DNA of 64,000 nucleotides, from positions 110,178 through 174,177 of the forward strand of contig NW_015168732.1 of assembly GCF_001447785.1 (NCBI RefSeq). The letters run 5' to 3'. Every line of letters starts with the position of its first letter. Within the stretch, counting starts at the first letter, position 1. The notes under the pieces were generated by a model, which had not been told where the DNA came from, made no database searches, and saw only the letters and a program-made list of their open reading frames with translations. Made by a program: the position numbers and the translations under genes. Shown one piece after another: positions 1-11,396 of the stretch. This DNA is from Gekko japonicus (Eukaryota).

Positions 1-1060
1 TTTGACAAAGTCTCCAAAAAGTCTCTTCCGTGATTGTTTGAGTCCTCCTTTACATATTTGAAATCTCCCGCCTTCCTTACATCATTCTTTACTCTAGTCC
101 TCCATCGTGGTTTCTTGTTTCTCTGGAACGCCTTAGCTTGCCTCCTTATTGTCTTTTCTATTTTTGACTTTTCCCCTCTACGGGAAATATCTTTTAAAGA
201 ATCAACTCCTTTTGACTCTTCCTCTTTAATTGCCTGGAGCTGCCTATCATGCTGCGGTTCCTGCTGCAATTCCTGCTNNNNNNNNNNNNNNNNNNNNNNN
301 NNNNNNNNNNNNNNNNNNCTGTCCATTGTGTTGTTTTTTCTTCTCCCCACGGGGGGGGGGGGGTTTGCGGATTGCTAAATAACTTGTCCCATTGCTGTTG
401 AAGATTTTTCTCCAGTTCGTTTCTTAAAGTTATTTTAAAACATTCCGATTGAAGTTCCGCTTTGACTGCCGCTTTAACAGCTTCACATACGAGAGCCGCC
501 GCCATTTCCCCCCGGTATTTAGTTCCACTTTTGTTCTTGTCTTTAGGACGTAAATTTTATATTTTTATCAGTTTGCTTATAAAGTAGGGGATATCAGTTT
601 CCTTCAAAAATTTGCCTCTTACCCCCTCAAAGTCATTCCTTCATTCAGTCCCCAGGATGTTCTCGGCCACCGTTCTTAGACCGGATGGGAAGTCCGCGGG
701 GAGGGAGTTGAGACTCCGTTCTTTTAACACAGTCCTGTTCACTGGACCTATCCTTCGGTGTGCTACAAAAAGTAATCCTTGCTCCGTGTGGAGATGAAAA
801 AAAAAGAAAACAGAATAGACAACACCCCCAACACATTAAAAAAACGGCTGGTCGCTGCTGGGCGGAAACATGGCAGCCATGTCTCCGTTCTCGGTAACGC
901 TCCTGCTTAGGGGCAAACCGGTCACCCCCCGTCCGTGCCAGGGAAACGGGGGGGGGCGGTCAAGCCTCATACCTTGGCCTCCCTCCGGGAGTGCCAAGCG
1001 GGGCCACCCTCAATCACGGGGGGGCTCCGAGAGAGCGTAAACGAACCGGGCTTCACTCAG
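1..1060 (-). mobile_element. L1-clade LINE 5' end: GC-rich 5'UTR plus start of ORF1 (runs off the window start)
   Basis: ORF 505->194 MAAALVCEAVKAAVKAELQSE..LRNELEKNLQQQ is coiled-coil-like and followed by A-rich Lys/Glu sequence; CpG-rich leader upstream. Confidence 0.65.
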
Positions 1061-1061
1061 A

Positions 1062-1228
1062 CATGCTTGAACCCTGCTTCTTGGACCCTCGGCTGGCTTC
1101 CCTTGTGTATGATCCTTGGACTGAACTTTTGACTCACGCTTCTGGTTAGTGATTCTGCCTTGTCCCCTTGGTCTTGGCTGAGTCTGCCTTGATCCAGGAC
1201 ACTTCTCCCACTTCCTATTTCAGTGTGA
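1062..1228 (+). mobile_element. Probable 3' (U5) fragment of a Gypsy-type LTR
   Basis: C/T-rich 'ttggaccctcggctggc..ttggactgaac..' composition resembling U5 of the LTR at 33600-33845; ends ..gtgtga. Confidence 0.35.
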
Positions 1229-1418
1229 TGTGTTGGTTAGAGCAATGATTCCTAATGTTTCTTTGCACCCACTTGCTCCCTCCCCCTCAGATACTTCTTC
1301 CTCAAAGCAAACCCTCCGGGTTCAGAGAGGTCCGGGCAGATCTAACAGGATCTGGAGGACGAAGAAGAGGACAGAGGACTTCAGCTATCCTTCTTCCGAA
1401 ACGCTGGAAGAGAAAAAC

Positions 1419-3509
1419 ATGGCCGCATCGGTGGAATTTGAGGAGCAACTGCCTATAACTCCCGAGGCTTCGGGGGTTGGGCAGCGGAGCGTTCAGCGGC
1501 TGGGGATCGCGCCGCTACAACAGGATGGCAGCTCCTCCAGTGCGGGAACCGGCCAGCCCCCACAAACCCCCCCACATGGTGGAAGATGGCGGTGTGGCAA
1601 GCAACCACAGCCCAAGGGATCCTGCCCACCGCGGGCCAAGAAGACGGCAGCACCGAAGTCAGCTGGCAGAGCGGCCAGCAGAAACAGCAAGAAGGGAAAA
1701 CGCCATGGGAAAGCCACGGGGCCGGCGAGCCCAGCGGGTGAGCTCATTCCATCGGGGGGGGGGCGGTGGGAGACGAGAGGGATGGGATCGTTTCAGCCCT
1801 GATTCCACCACAAGCGCCGGTACCAGGGCCGATCCCAGGCCAGCCTGGGGCCCCAAATGGAGCCGTTCTCGGCCAAATACCACCCCAGCCACCAGCAGAG
1901 GCCCCAGCACAGCACAGCGGCTCTGGGCCAGCGCAACACGCACAGCCCAGCAGCTCTGGACCAGGGCAGCCTGTACCCCTCAGCCCTTGGGAAAATTGGG
2001 GACCACCGGGACCATGGGCGATGGTGGGAAGTGCGTAGCCGGCCTCATTTCAACCCCCTCAGGCCCAACCTTTACTAACAGCCCTGACGTTGCTGCTGCC
2101 ACCACGAGGATTTGGCAGCACGGAACATGGCTGCCTCGTTCCCCCAGCCTTTCCATCCGGCCATCCAGCCTTTTCATCCGGACAACCTTGGACGTGGCCT
2201 TTTGTAGGGGGTCCCTGGCACAACACTCCATGGCCCCTTGGGGGATACCAAGGGGGGGATGGTTCAGACCTCCCAAACACTGGGATGCGAGGGAGTCCGG
2301 GGTAGAAGTCACTCCAGGGGCCCCAGGAGGAGATGGAGACACCATTCTTCGAGCTCCCAATCCTCTTCTGGCTCCAAGTCCTCATCTAAGAGACACAGGG
2401 ACCACAGGACCCCATCCCAAAATGAGGCATGAGGGGCCTCAGAGGCAGAAGGGGAACAGCAACAGGCCATTGCACCCAAGGGAATAGACCGGCCAGTAGC
2501 TAGCGAGGGTCTTGGGAGGCATCACCTGCACAGCATTAGCGCTGAACAAGTGGAGACAGCCTCCACTATTACGTCTACACTCCACACTGAAAAGGAGGAG
2601 GGAGAATGGTCAGGGGATGAGGTGGAAGTAAAACCCACATAGCTTCAAAAAATGCGTAAAGGTTTTTACCTTCTCACCCTTCCCTGGTTATTTTGAGGAT
2701 GTGATAAGGGAAGAGTGGGCCAACCTGGGGGGGGGGGAGGAGCATCTCTACTATCAATAGCAAGAAGTCTATATATGCTACCTGAGAGCACGATGGAAGA
2801 CCTGAAGGTACCTTTGGTGGACGCCCCTGTGGTGGCGATGCACTCGGGGGCCGTCCTTTTGAAGGACAGAGAAAACGTCCGGAGAGATGCTATGGACAAG
2901 AAGAACGAAACGGCCCTAAAGAAAGCGCATGAAGCCATCTCCCTAGCAATACGCTCAGCTGCGGCACTGTCCAACTTCACCAGGGCCATGGCCATTTGGG
3001 CCGACAACCTGCTACAAAACCCTGATGTAACCCCCCTGGAACTGCGGAGATCGCTCCTAAAAATGAAGCGCACAGCAGCGTTCGGAGCAGACGCGTCACA
3101 GGACAATATTCAGTTCTGTGCTAGAGCACAGGCAGCTAACATTATCATCTGCAGAAACATCTGGCTCAAGCACTGGAAGGTAGACACGTTATCAAAAAGT
3201 AACTTGGCTACGGAGAAGTTTTCTGGCAGGCTCCTTTTCGGAGAATCAAATCTGGACAAGGTCCTGGTGGAGACCAGGGAGAAGAAGAAGGCAATGCCCT
3301 CGTCCAGTTACCGGCGGGAAGGAGACCACAAGGGCAGACCGTCACATTCCTTTTGGGGCCACTTCAACTGGGGAAGGGTGCGGGACGGCCGGGACCACAG
3401 GCCATTCAAATCCTTCAAATACAGTGCTAGGTCAAACACTAGAAACACAGAAACCTACAGAACTGACAAGCCCCCCCAAAAAACAACAATCAGTGGGACT
3501 GCCAGATAG
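1419..3509 (+). pseudogene. DIRS ORF1/gag (frameshifted at G-runs); C-terminal part LAP2alpha-like
   Basis: Low-complexity Pro/Gly/Ser N-terminus, then LKVPLVDAPV...DAMDKKNE..LKKAHEA...RNIWLKHWKVD...LLFGESNLD typical of DIRS gag. Confidence 0.8.
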
Positions 3510-4999
3510 GGGGCTGGCTCCAGGCGTTTGCGCAGACCTGGAGCCAGACCACCACGGACCAGTGGGTGCAGAAGATCATATCTCAGGGCTACAGAATAGA
3601 ACTCACTGGCATTCCCCCCCCCAGTTTCAAACCATCGCCAGCCCTGAGGAACAAGGAACGCTTACGGCAACTACAGGAAGCGATCCAACACATCTGGAAC
3701 ATCGGTGCTGTAGAAAACGTTCCCGAAGCAGAACGCTTCAAAGGAATATACTCTGTACTATTTGTAGTACCAAAGAAGTCAGGAGACTGGAGGGCTGTCC
3801 TAAATCTACGCAGACTCAACAGATGGGTGGCAAGGAAAAAATTCCGGATGGAATCTTTGCATCACATCCTACAGATCCTACAGCAAGGGGATTTCATTAC
3901 TTCCATGGACCTGAAAGAGGCCTACCGGCATATACCAATGCATCCTTCTTCCAGACAGTTCCTGCGCTTCTGTTTTCGGGACCAGTATTTCCAGTACACA
4001 GCCCTGCCCTTTGGCCTTTCTTCGGCACCCAGAGTCTTCACCAAGGTCATGGTGGCTCTGGTGGTGGCCTTGCGCATGGAGGGAATACACATTCATCCTT
4101 ATCTGGACGATGCCTTTCTACATGCGGTAGACTATCAGACAGCGGTCTGTGACACTCAAAGGGCGAGGGAATTCCTGTGTGCGCACAGCTTCATCATCAA
4201 CGAGGAGAAGAGCCAATTGACACCCACACAAGATATCATACACCTAGGCGTGAGACTGAACACAAGACGGGCCACAGTGTCACTACCAGTGGAGAAGCAG
4301 ATCAAGATTCGGGCCTTAGTGACAAATGTCAGGGGCAAGAGGCATGTGGACCTCATGCAGCTGGCTACGCTGCAGGGCCTAATGATCTCCACGATCAACT
4401 TGATCCCGTGGGCACGATTCCACGCCAGACCTCTACAGTGGACTCTTCTACCATTCCAGCAGGACATCGCCAAGAAGAGACACATTCCGATAAGAATCTC
4501 AGATGACCTTCGGAGGGACCTGCACTGGTGGATGCAACAGTCAAACATGAGCAAGGCTATCACCTTCCTAAGGCCACAGCAACTCGTGATAATCACAGAT
4601 GCGAGCAAGAGGGGCTGGGGCGCACATTGCGGTCACCTGATCGCACAAGGAAGATGGTCCCCGAAACAAGCCTCTCACAGCATCAACTGGTTGGAACTCC
4701 AGGCTGTCACCCTGGCAATGAGGGCCTTTCACCAACACGTGCAAAACCAGCACATCTTAGTACGCACAGACAATATGTCCACAAAGGCACACATCAACCG
4801 ACAAGGGGGCACCAGGTCGAAGTCCCTATTCAAGGAGACGAGGATCCTGCTGCAATGGGCAGAACAATACACTTCAAGTCTCTGGGCAGAACACCTAAGG
4901 GGCCTGTCCAACCAACAGGTGGACTGGCTAAGCAGGGAGGACCTGAACCCAGGTGAATGGGCACTGAACAAGGAAGTCTTCATCCAGCTCACTCAATGA
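3503..4999 (+). pseudogene. DIRS reverse transcriptase + RNase H
   Basis: IGGWLQAFAQTW..DQWV start; FVVPKKSGDWR; DLKEAY.HIP; LPFGLSSAPRVFTK; YLDD; RNase H TDASKRGWG, INWLEL, RTDN. Confidence 0.95.
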
Positions 5000-5377
5000 T
5001 TTGGAATGCCCATGATGGATCTCCTCACGAACTCTCGGAACCACCAAGTTGAATGGTTCCTATCCCAATACCATGATTTGGAAGCAGAAGGGATCGACGC
5101 ACTATCCCACCCATGGCCACAGGGTCTCCTGTACGCTTTTCTGCCTACGGCCCTAATAGGGGCAATGATCAGCAGAATCAGAAGGGAGAGGGCCACAGTG
5201 GTATTTCTGGCACCCCACTGGCCGAGAAAACCGTGGTTCTCGGAGCTGGTGCAACTGGCAACGGGGAGACCGTGGACACTTCCCCAGAGACCGGACCTAT
5301 TACACCAAGGGCCCATTCTACATCCGGACCCGACATGGCTACAACTGACTGCATGGAAATTGAACGTACCCAACTAA
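5000..5377 (+). pseudogene. DIRS Dam-like (N6-adenine) DNA methyltransferase domain, in frame with RT/RH after a premature TGA at 4997
   Basis: DLL..RN..V..F.S...IDAL..PW...LYAFLP (normally YAFPP)...APHWPRKPWF; same frame as pol. Confidence 0.85.
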
Positions 5378-6406
5378 CCAGCATGGGGTTCCCTCGGGAG
5401 GTGATTGAAGTCATGCTACAGGCGAGACGGTCATCTACACTTCGAATATATAGCCATACATGGAGGACGTTCGTAAGATGGACCTCGACTACGGGCATCC
5501 AAACTATGCGGGCCACGGACAAGGAGATCATCCTATTTCTCTCCCGAGGGCTGGAAGCAGGGACTGCAACCAAACACCCTGAAGCGCCAAGTGGCAGCCA
5601 TACAAGCATGCTTGGGTAGCAAGACTCGGAGGAAGATATCATCCAGCAGTTATGTGAAAAAGTTCCTGAAGGGAGCAAGCCAGCTGGCTTCTCTGGTACG
5701 GCACAGATTCCCTACGTGGAGCCTACACAAGGTATTGAACGCTTTGACAAAAACTCCATTTGAGCCTATGAAATCAACTGAACTTCGGCTCTTATAATGG
5801 AAAGTCACCTTTCTCATTGCGGTGACTACAGCTAGGAGAATCTCTGAGCTGGCCGCTCTTTCAGCTAGGAAGGAGCTTTGCATCTTCCAGTGAGATTCCG
5901 TAACATTGAGGATGGATCCATCATTCATTCCAAAAGTAAATTCGGCCTTCCATCTCAACCAGCCAATTACATTACCTTCTTGATGTCTGAAGCCAACACA
6001 CCCCAAGGAAAAGATGTGGCACAAGCTGGACATCCGTCGGGCTCTACGTATATATCTTGACAGAATGGCCGGCTTCCATCGGTCCGACGCCCTGTTTGTA
6101 AGTTACGGGACCCCAAATCAGGGGGAAAAGGTATCAAAAATGACAGTGGCTTACTGGATCCAGCAATGCATTACCAAGGCCTATGAGGTACAAGGCCTCA
6201 CGCTGCCAGGCAAGTTAACAGCACATTCCACAAGAGCTGCTGCAACAACCGCGGCGTTTTCCACACGAGCCATGGTAGACGAGATATGCAGAGCAGCTAC
6301 CTAGGTGTCATTTTCCACGCTTGTGCGACACTACAGGATAGACCAAGCCACGTCAGTTGAGGCGGCATTTGGCAGAAGAGTTTTACAGCAAGTGGTAAAA
6401 GCATAA
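5353..6406 (+). pseudogene. DIRS tyrosine recombinase (one frameshift, several stops)
   Basis: ARRSSTLRIY..W..F SAM-like N-terminus; TTARRISEL (catalytic R); AHSTR (HxxR); ICRAAT[W->stop]; RHYRID (catalytic Y). Confidence 0.92.
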
Positions 6407-6504
6407 AAACAAAACAAAACAATAACAGCCTTCATGCAACGGGGTGCACCACAAAGTGCGACTGATCACCCACCCCAGAAGAATAGCTTGGGTACAGCTA
6501 ACCA

Positions 6505-6593
6505 GTTTCTGGATGACTTCCCCCCACTGAAGGAGAATGGTACATTGGACCTACCTGAAGGTTCTTTCTCTTCAGTGGGGGAGAAGTCATCCA
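6505..6593 (+). repeat. DIRS internal complementary region (ICR)
   Basis: 6542-6593 is a near-perfect reverse complement of 6836-6887; the first half (6505-6537) resembles the ITR end and would pair with the missing left terminus. Confidence 0.9.
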
Positions 6594-7747
6594 CATCCCA
6601 CCCGTTTTTTTTGGAGAGGGGAAAGAACTCGCAGCGGGGAAAAAGGTTGAAAAATCAGTTCAACCACAAACTAAATAAATAAATAAATAAATAAATAAAA
6701 TTAAACGTGCATCGACACACAGAAGGGCTTGGACACAACTGGAGAGGTCAGCCAGGGCCACTCCTACAGGAGCCATGCAACAAAAGAAATTTGCATAGCC
6801 TATCGAGCGAGCAGAGGCGTGACCTAATCAGTTTCTGGGTGACTTCTCCCCCACTGAAGAGAAAGAACCTTCAGGTAGGTCCAATGTCTACCATAGCCTT
6901 AGTTTTTTTAAAAGGAGTAAGGGCAGGATTGAAATGTCATAGATGATGTTTTTTTATTTAGAGGAAAACAAGAAGTGGGACCTGTGTTCCTTGCAGGGCC
7001 GGGGGGTATTCCCCGTGGCTCCCAGACTGCCAAGGCTTCTCCCTGCCGCCGCCACCCACAACTGCAACAGCGGTGAGCCCTGTGTGGCTCTGAGCCACCA
7101 GGCCCTCCAGGCTTCTCTCCCCCCCCCCCCCCGCAGGCTATTAGATATATAGATAGGAAATCTTTATTTCCTTGGAAGTTTTCAAGGAATATAAATATAA
7201 ATGTGGAATATAAATAGCCACTCTGAGCTCTGCTTGACAGGGAAAGGAGCAGGATATAAATTGAATAAATAAATGTAATAAATAAATTAAATATTGTTGC
7301 CATCGCTGTGGGGAGCTGCAGTCTGGACACAGCCATAGAGAAAGGGCCTGAGAGCTGGTTTTAAAGCCACAAATAGAATCTATAGCCATGCCTTGATTAG
7401 CTCCATAAATCATTGTCGGTGCTGGCTGACTTAGGTCAGCCTGCTTCTTAATTTAGAAAGGGCTTAATAAGAAATGTAAAACTTTACTGCTTAGTCACAT
7501 TGCAGGGGAAGGGGGTTTTTTTGCTTGAGATGGTCAGAATGTTTATCTGTGATGTTGACAGCCATTACGTAGGTAGTCAAGGCTCTTTCAAGGCCCTTTC
7601 ATACATGCTAGATGGGATTTATTTATCTGAATGGGAATCCAGTCCTATCTATAAATTTCAGACTGTAAGTATGATGTGTAAAACTGTCTAAAATTTAATA
7701 TTAATTGAAAGAAGCCCCTAATGACTTAACCCTTTTCACACAGACAC

Positions 7748-7780
7748 TCAAACACAAACACACACACACACACACACACA
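7748..7780 (+). repeat. (CA)n microsatellite
   Basis: cacacacaca.. run. Confidence 0.9.
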
Positions 7781-8780
7781 ATAGACCAATTACTGAGGAA
7801 ATAAATTGCATGGTCAGCTAATGCCCATGGTGTTTTCATCAGTAGCATAAATTAGTGCACTGCCAAATTTTCAGCACAGAAGTTTTCACAGCTATGTGAT
7901 GGCAATAATGAAGCTACATTGCCTGTGACCCTTATTTTCCCAACCAATTGATTTGCACTGGTACATGCCTGATTTTAAAAAGCTGTTTGTGGATGGATCT
8001 AACATTCCGGAAATCCTCTGGAAAACAGTTCTGTACCTCTTCGTGGTCTGTCAGAGAATCATTGAAAAGGGGTGATGAGACATTTTGTTGTTCATAATTG
8101 TTGGCCATGTGGTTTGGCTCAGCACTATCACACTTTGGTATTTCACTACTCAGCCTAACTTAAAATATTTATGTTGCTCGTTTCCACTAGACCTTGTGTT
8201 TTTTCTTTATCATGAATAGCATACTCATCTTTTGAGGGAAAGGATTCTTTAGAGAGCTCTAACAAAGAAGTAATTTTAGATTAATTTTGATAAGTACAAT
8301 CTGTTTCTAGGTGCATGAATAGTGACTGTTAATAATTGTTATTGTTGTGCTTTGATTCAATCATTCTGCCGATCAAACTACTGGATTCTATTCTTCATTG
8401 CTGAAATAGGGGTGGAAGGATGGAATGTGTAGGTGAATTTATACAGGGCTGGGGCAGATTGTTTTGCCATGTGGAATGCATGCACTTGTTGTTTTGATAT
8501 TGCTTTTCTTAAAAACAAAAAAGCAAAAACAGCAGTCTGTGCATTTGGTGAGCACTTCAGAATTCAAAAGAAAAGCCATGCACATCATTATTGTGTGAAT
8601 TGGACCTTATATGATGTTGCATTTTCATTACAGCTATGCAATTATTCCTACCTAAAGCACAGATAGTCTGATCTTTCTTCGTATTTTCCTCTTGTATATT
8701 GAAAAGGATATTCCCGTTTAGTCAGGTTCATGAAATGAAGAGATCTGAGGCTTAGCTTTCTTATATATCAGGCGTTCAGT

Positions 8781-9060
8781 CAGTTTGGTGTAGTGGTTAG
8801 GAGTGTGAACTCTAATCTGGGAGAAACGGGTTTGATTCCCCACTCCTCCACATGCAGCTGCTGGTATAACCTTGGGTCAGTTACAAGTTCTTTCAGAGCT
8901 GTTCTCTCAAGAGCAGTTCTCAAAAGAGCTCTCTCAGTCCCACGTACCTCACAGGGTGTCTGTTGTGGGGAGGGGAAGGGAAAGGAGATTGTAAACCGCT
9001 CTGAGACTCCTTTGGGTAGTGAAGGGTGGGGTATAAATCCAATCTCCTCCTTCTCCTCCT
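8781..9060 (+). mobile_element. tRNA-derived SINE, Squam3-like
   Basis: A box tggtgtagtgg, B box ggtttgattcc; body cctcacagggtgtctgttgtggggag; gtaaaccgctctgagac tail ending in (ctc/ctt)n. Confidence 0.85.
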
Positions 9061-9992
9061 TACTTAGCAGTATGGTGTTTTGTGGAGGGTTGTGGAGGAG
9101 CTGTAGGCTGATGGAAGAGCTCATAGTTTGCAAGCAGAAGCTTTCCATGATGAATTCCTGGTATCACCGGTTAAAAGATCTTAGATATGAAGCCTTGGGA
9201 AAGACTTGAGGCATCAGAGAACCTCTGCCAGTCAAGATAGCTAGATGGGCAAGTGGGTATGACTCAGTATAAGTCATATGTTCAAAGGCCGTCAGCATTT
9301 TGTAAAAACAGGTTACCTTGCCAGTGTATGTTGCCTTAGCATACCAGAATTGGACAATGTATTGGTGTGCTGAGGGCCAAACTATGCAAGATGATTTGCA
9401 GTAAGTTGAGTCTGGGGAACCTGTACCCAGCTTGCTCTCCCCACAGCCACACAGCAGCTACAAGGAATGTCATTTTTAAAGTTTGTGGGGTCTGATTTGG
9501 CTTTGGGACCACAGTTTGGGAGGAAGAGGGACTCCCCCCCCCATTTTCCTGAGCCACAACAGCCTGAGTGGAGAGTTATTGACATAAATTTGAAGCTGCA
9601 TGTGGAATATTCTATGCATGTGCAGCTCCAAAGCTATGCAAATAACTACCCAGTGAAGCTATATAAGCTTGAGAAAACAGTGCAGATGGGGGAGGTAGGA
9701 GCCCCTCCTCACCCACATCATAGTTCTGAGTTGGGTTGGGCCCCCACAGGCTTTAAAAATGAGATTTTCCATAGCTGCTGAGTGGCTGAGAGGAAAGCAT
9801 ATTTGGTCCAGGGAAACGAGCACATCTTGTGTAGTTTAGATATGTAGCCAGGCAAGCGAACCACCACATTTTGGGGGGGGGGGGGCTNNNNNNNNNNNNN
9901 NNNNNNNNNNNNNNNNNNNNNNNNNNNNNNNNNNNNNNNNNNNNNNNNNNNNNNNNNNNNNNNNNNNNNNNNNNNNNNNNNNNNNNNNNNNN

Positions 9993-10162
9993 GGAAGGTA
10001 ACAGCGTTCCGTGCGCCTTGGTGTTTAGTCATGCCGGCCACATGACCACGGAAATGTCTTCGGACAGCGCTGGCTCTTCGGCTTTGAAACGGAGATGAGC
10101 ACCGCAACCCTAGAGTCGGATTTGACTGGCTTTCGAGCAAGGGGACCTTGACCTTGACCTTG
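9993..10162 (+). mobile_element. Sauria SINE 3' half (5' part in gap)
   Basis: ggaaggtaac..gtcatgccggccacatgacc..ggagatgagcacc..agagtcgga and (accttg)n tail. Confidence 0.85.
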
Positions 10163-10789
10163 CACTCTCAGCATGACTTTCAAATTAGGCCTAAGTTGCC
10201 AACCTGTGGAATAGGACTTTGAAGTCATGGTAGTAGGTAAGATGTATTCTGGCAATTTTGCTGAACAGGATATAGAATATATTCTTAGTTTTGATGAATC
10301 ACCCTTGTGACAAAAAACATAATGAGAACAGAAAATGGCGCTACATGGGTCCCCTTCACTGACAGCGATTGTAACAAAGATGGAGTGCATGCACTTCACT
10401 TGCTCTCATTAAAGTCCAAAGATGGTATCCTTGTTAGTGACTTTTCATGGCATTCTATCTTTCATACAGCGCATAATGCTTTTCCTATTCAAACCTCCTT
10501 TATAGCATGACACTGCTGAGTCTGACTCACTGGATGGACAGCAGGAACCCTGTAGAAAGCTCCTCCAGCTGTGTGATCAGTAGCAAAGACCTGCCTCAAG
10601 AGCAACAGAGATGAATTATGAGGACTTACTGGTACTTTTGAAAACTGTGGCACAGTTCTTCAGACAATTGTTCAATTCATATTTTAATAGCTTAAATGTT
10701 GTATGAGACAATACACAGATAGAACAGTGTGGTCTGGGAAACATCACTGTCGGCAAAGTATGCTATATTTAGAGTTTCTATCCAAGCTT

Positions 10790-10990
10790 GCCCTGACCTG
10801 GATAGCCCAGGCTAGACTGATCTCGTCAGATCTCAGAAGCTAAGCAGGGTTGGCTCTGGCTAATATTTGGATGGGAGACCTCCAGGAAATACCAGGGTCA
10901 TGACGCAGAGGCAGGCAATGGCAAACCACCTCTAAATGTCTCCTGCCTTGAAAACCCTTTGGGACCGCCATATGGCGGCACTTCACACCA
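10790..10990 (+). mobile_element. 5S rRNA-derived SINE (5S-Sauria-like)
   Basis: gatctcgtcagatctcagaagctaagcagggt..ttggatgggagacc..aataccaggg is the 5S internal control region, followed by an RTE-type ggcaatggcaaaccac..cttgaaaaccc tail. Confidence 0.85.
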
Positions 10991-11009
10991 CTATTCAGAA
11001 TTGCTCCTA

Positions 11010-11396
11010 ACAATGCAAGTAAAACATTTAAACAACTGAAACAACATTTAAACGTATAAAATAATTTAGTGAAAACACATAAACAAATAGTACCAGAACC
11101 AGGGAGGGGGCCCAATAACGGTTAGGGGGGTATACCAAACAAAACAAAAAAGTCTTCACCTGCTGAAGAAGACACTGATAGAGGGAGACAGAGGGAATTC
11201 CAAAGTTTTGGTGCCAGTGCCAAGAAAGCCCTTTCTTGGGTCACCACCCATCTAGCCTCAGATGGTGGGGACAACTGAAGCAGGGTCTCTGAACATGACT
11301 GGAGTGAATGGGCAGGTTCATATGGGAGAAGGTGGTCCTTAAGGTAAGTTGGTCCCAGGCTGCACAGGATTTTAAAGGTCAATACAAGCACCTTGA
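11010..11396 (-). mobile_element. L2 3' fragment
   Basis: KVLVLTFK....LGPTYLKDHL.PY......RAF...APKLWNSL. Confidence 0.8.

Larger units (their letters stand above)
1230..6894 (+). mobile_element. DIRS1-type tyrosine-recombinase retrotransposon, left ITR missing, decayed
   Basis: Order gag - RT/RNase H/MTase - YR; ICR at 6505-6593; 3' terminus 6836-6887 is the reverse complement of ICR 6542-6593. Confidence 0.95.

Noticed and set aside
10815-10900. 5S rRNA gene
   Set aside because: Partial, diverged and fused to a LINE-type tail; it is a SINE.
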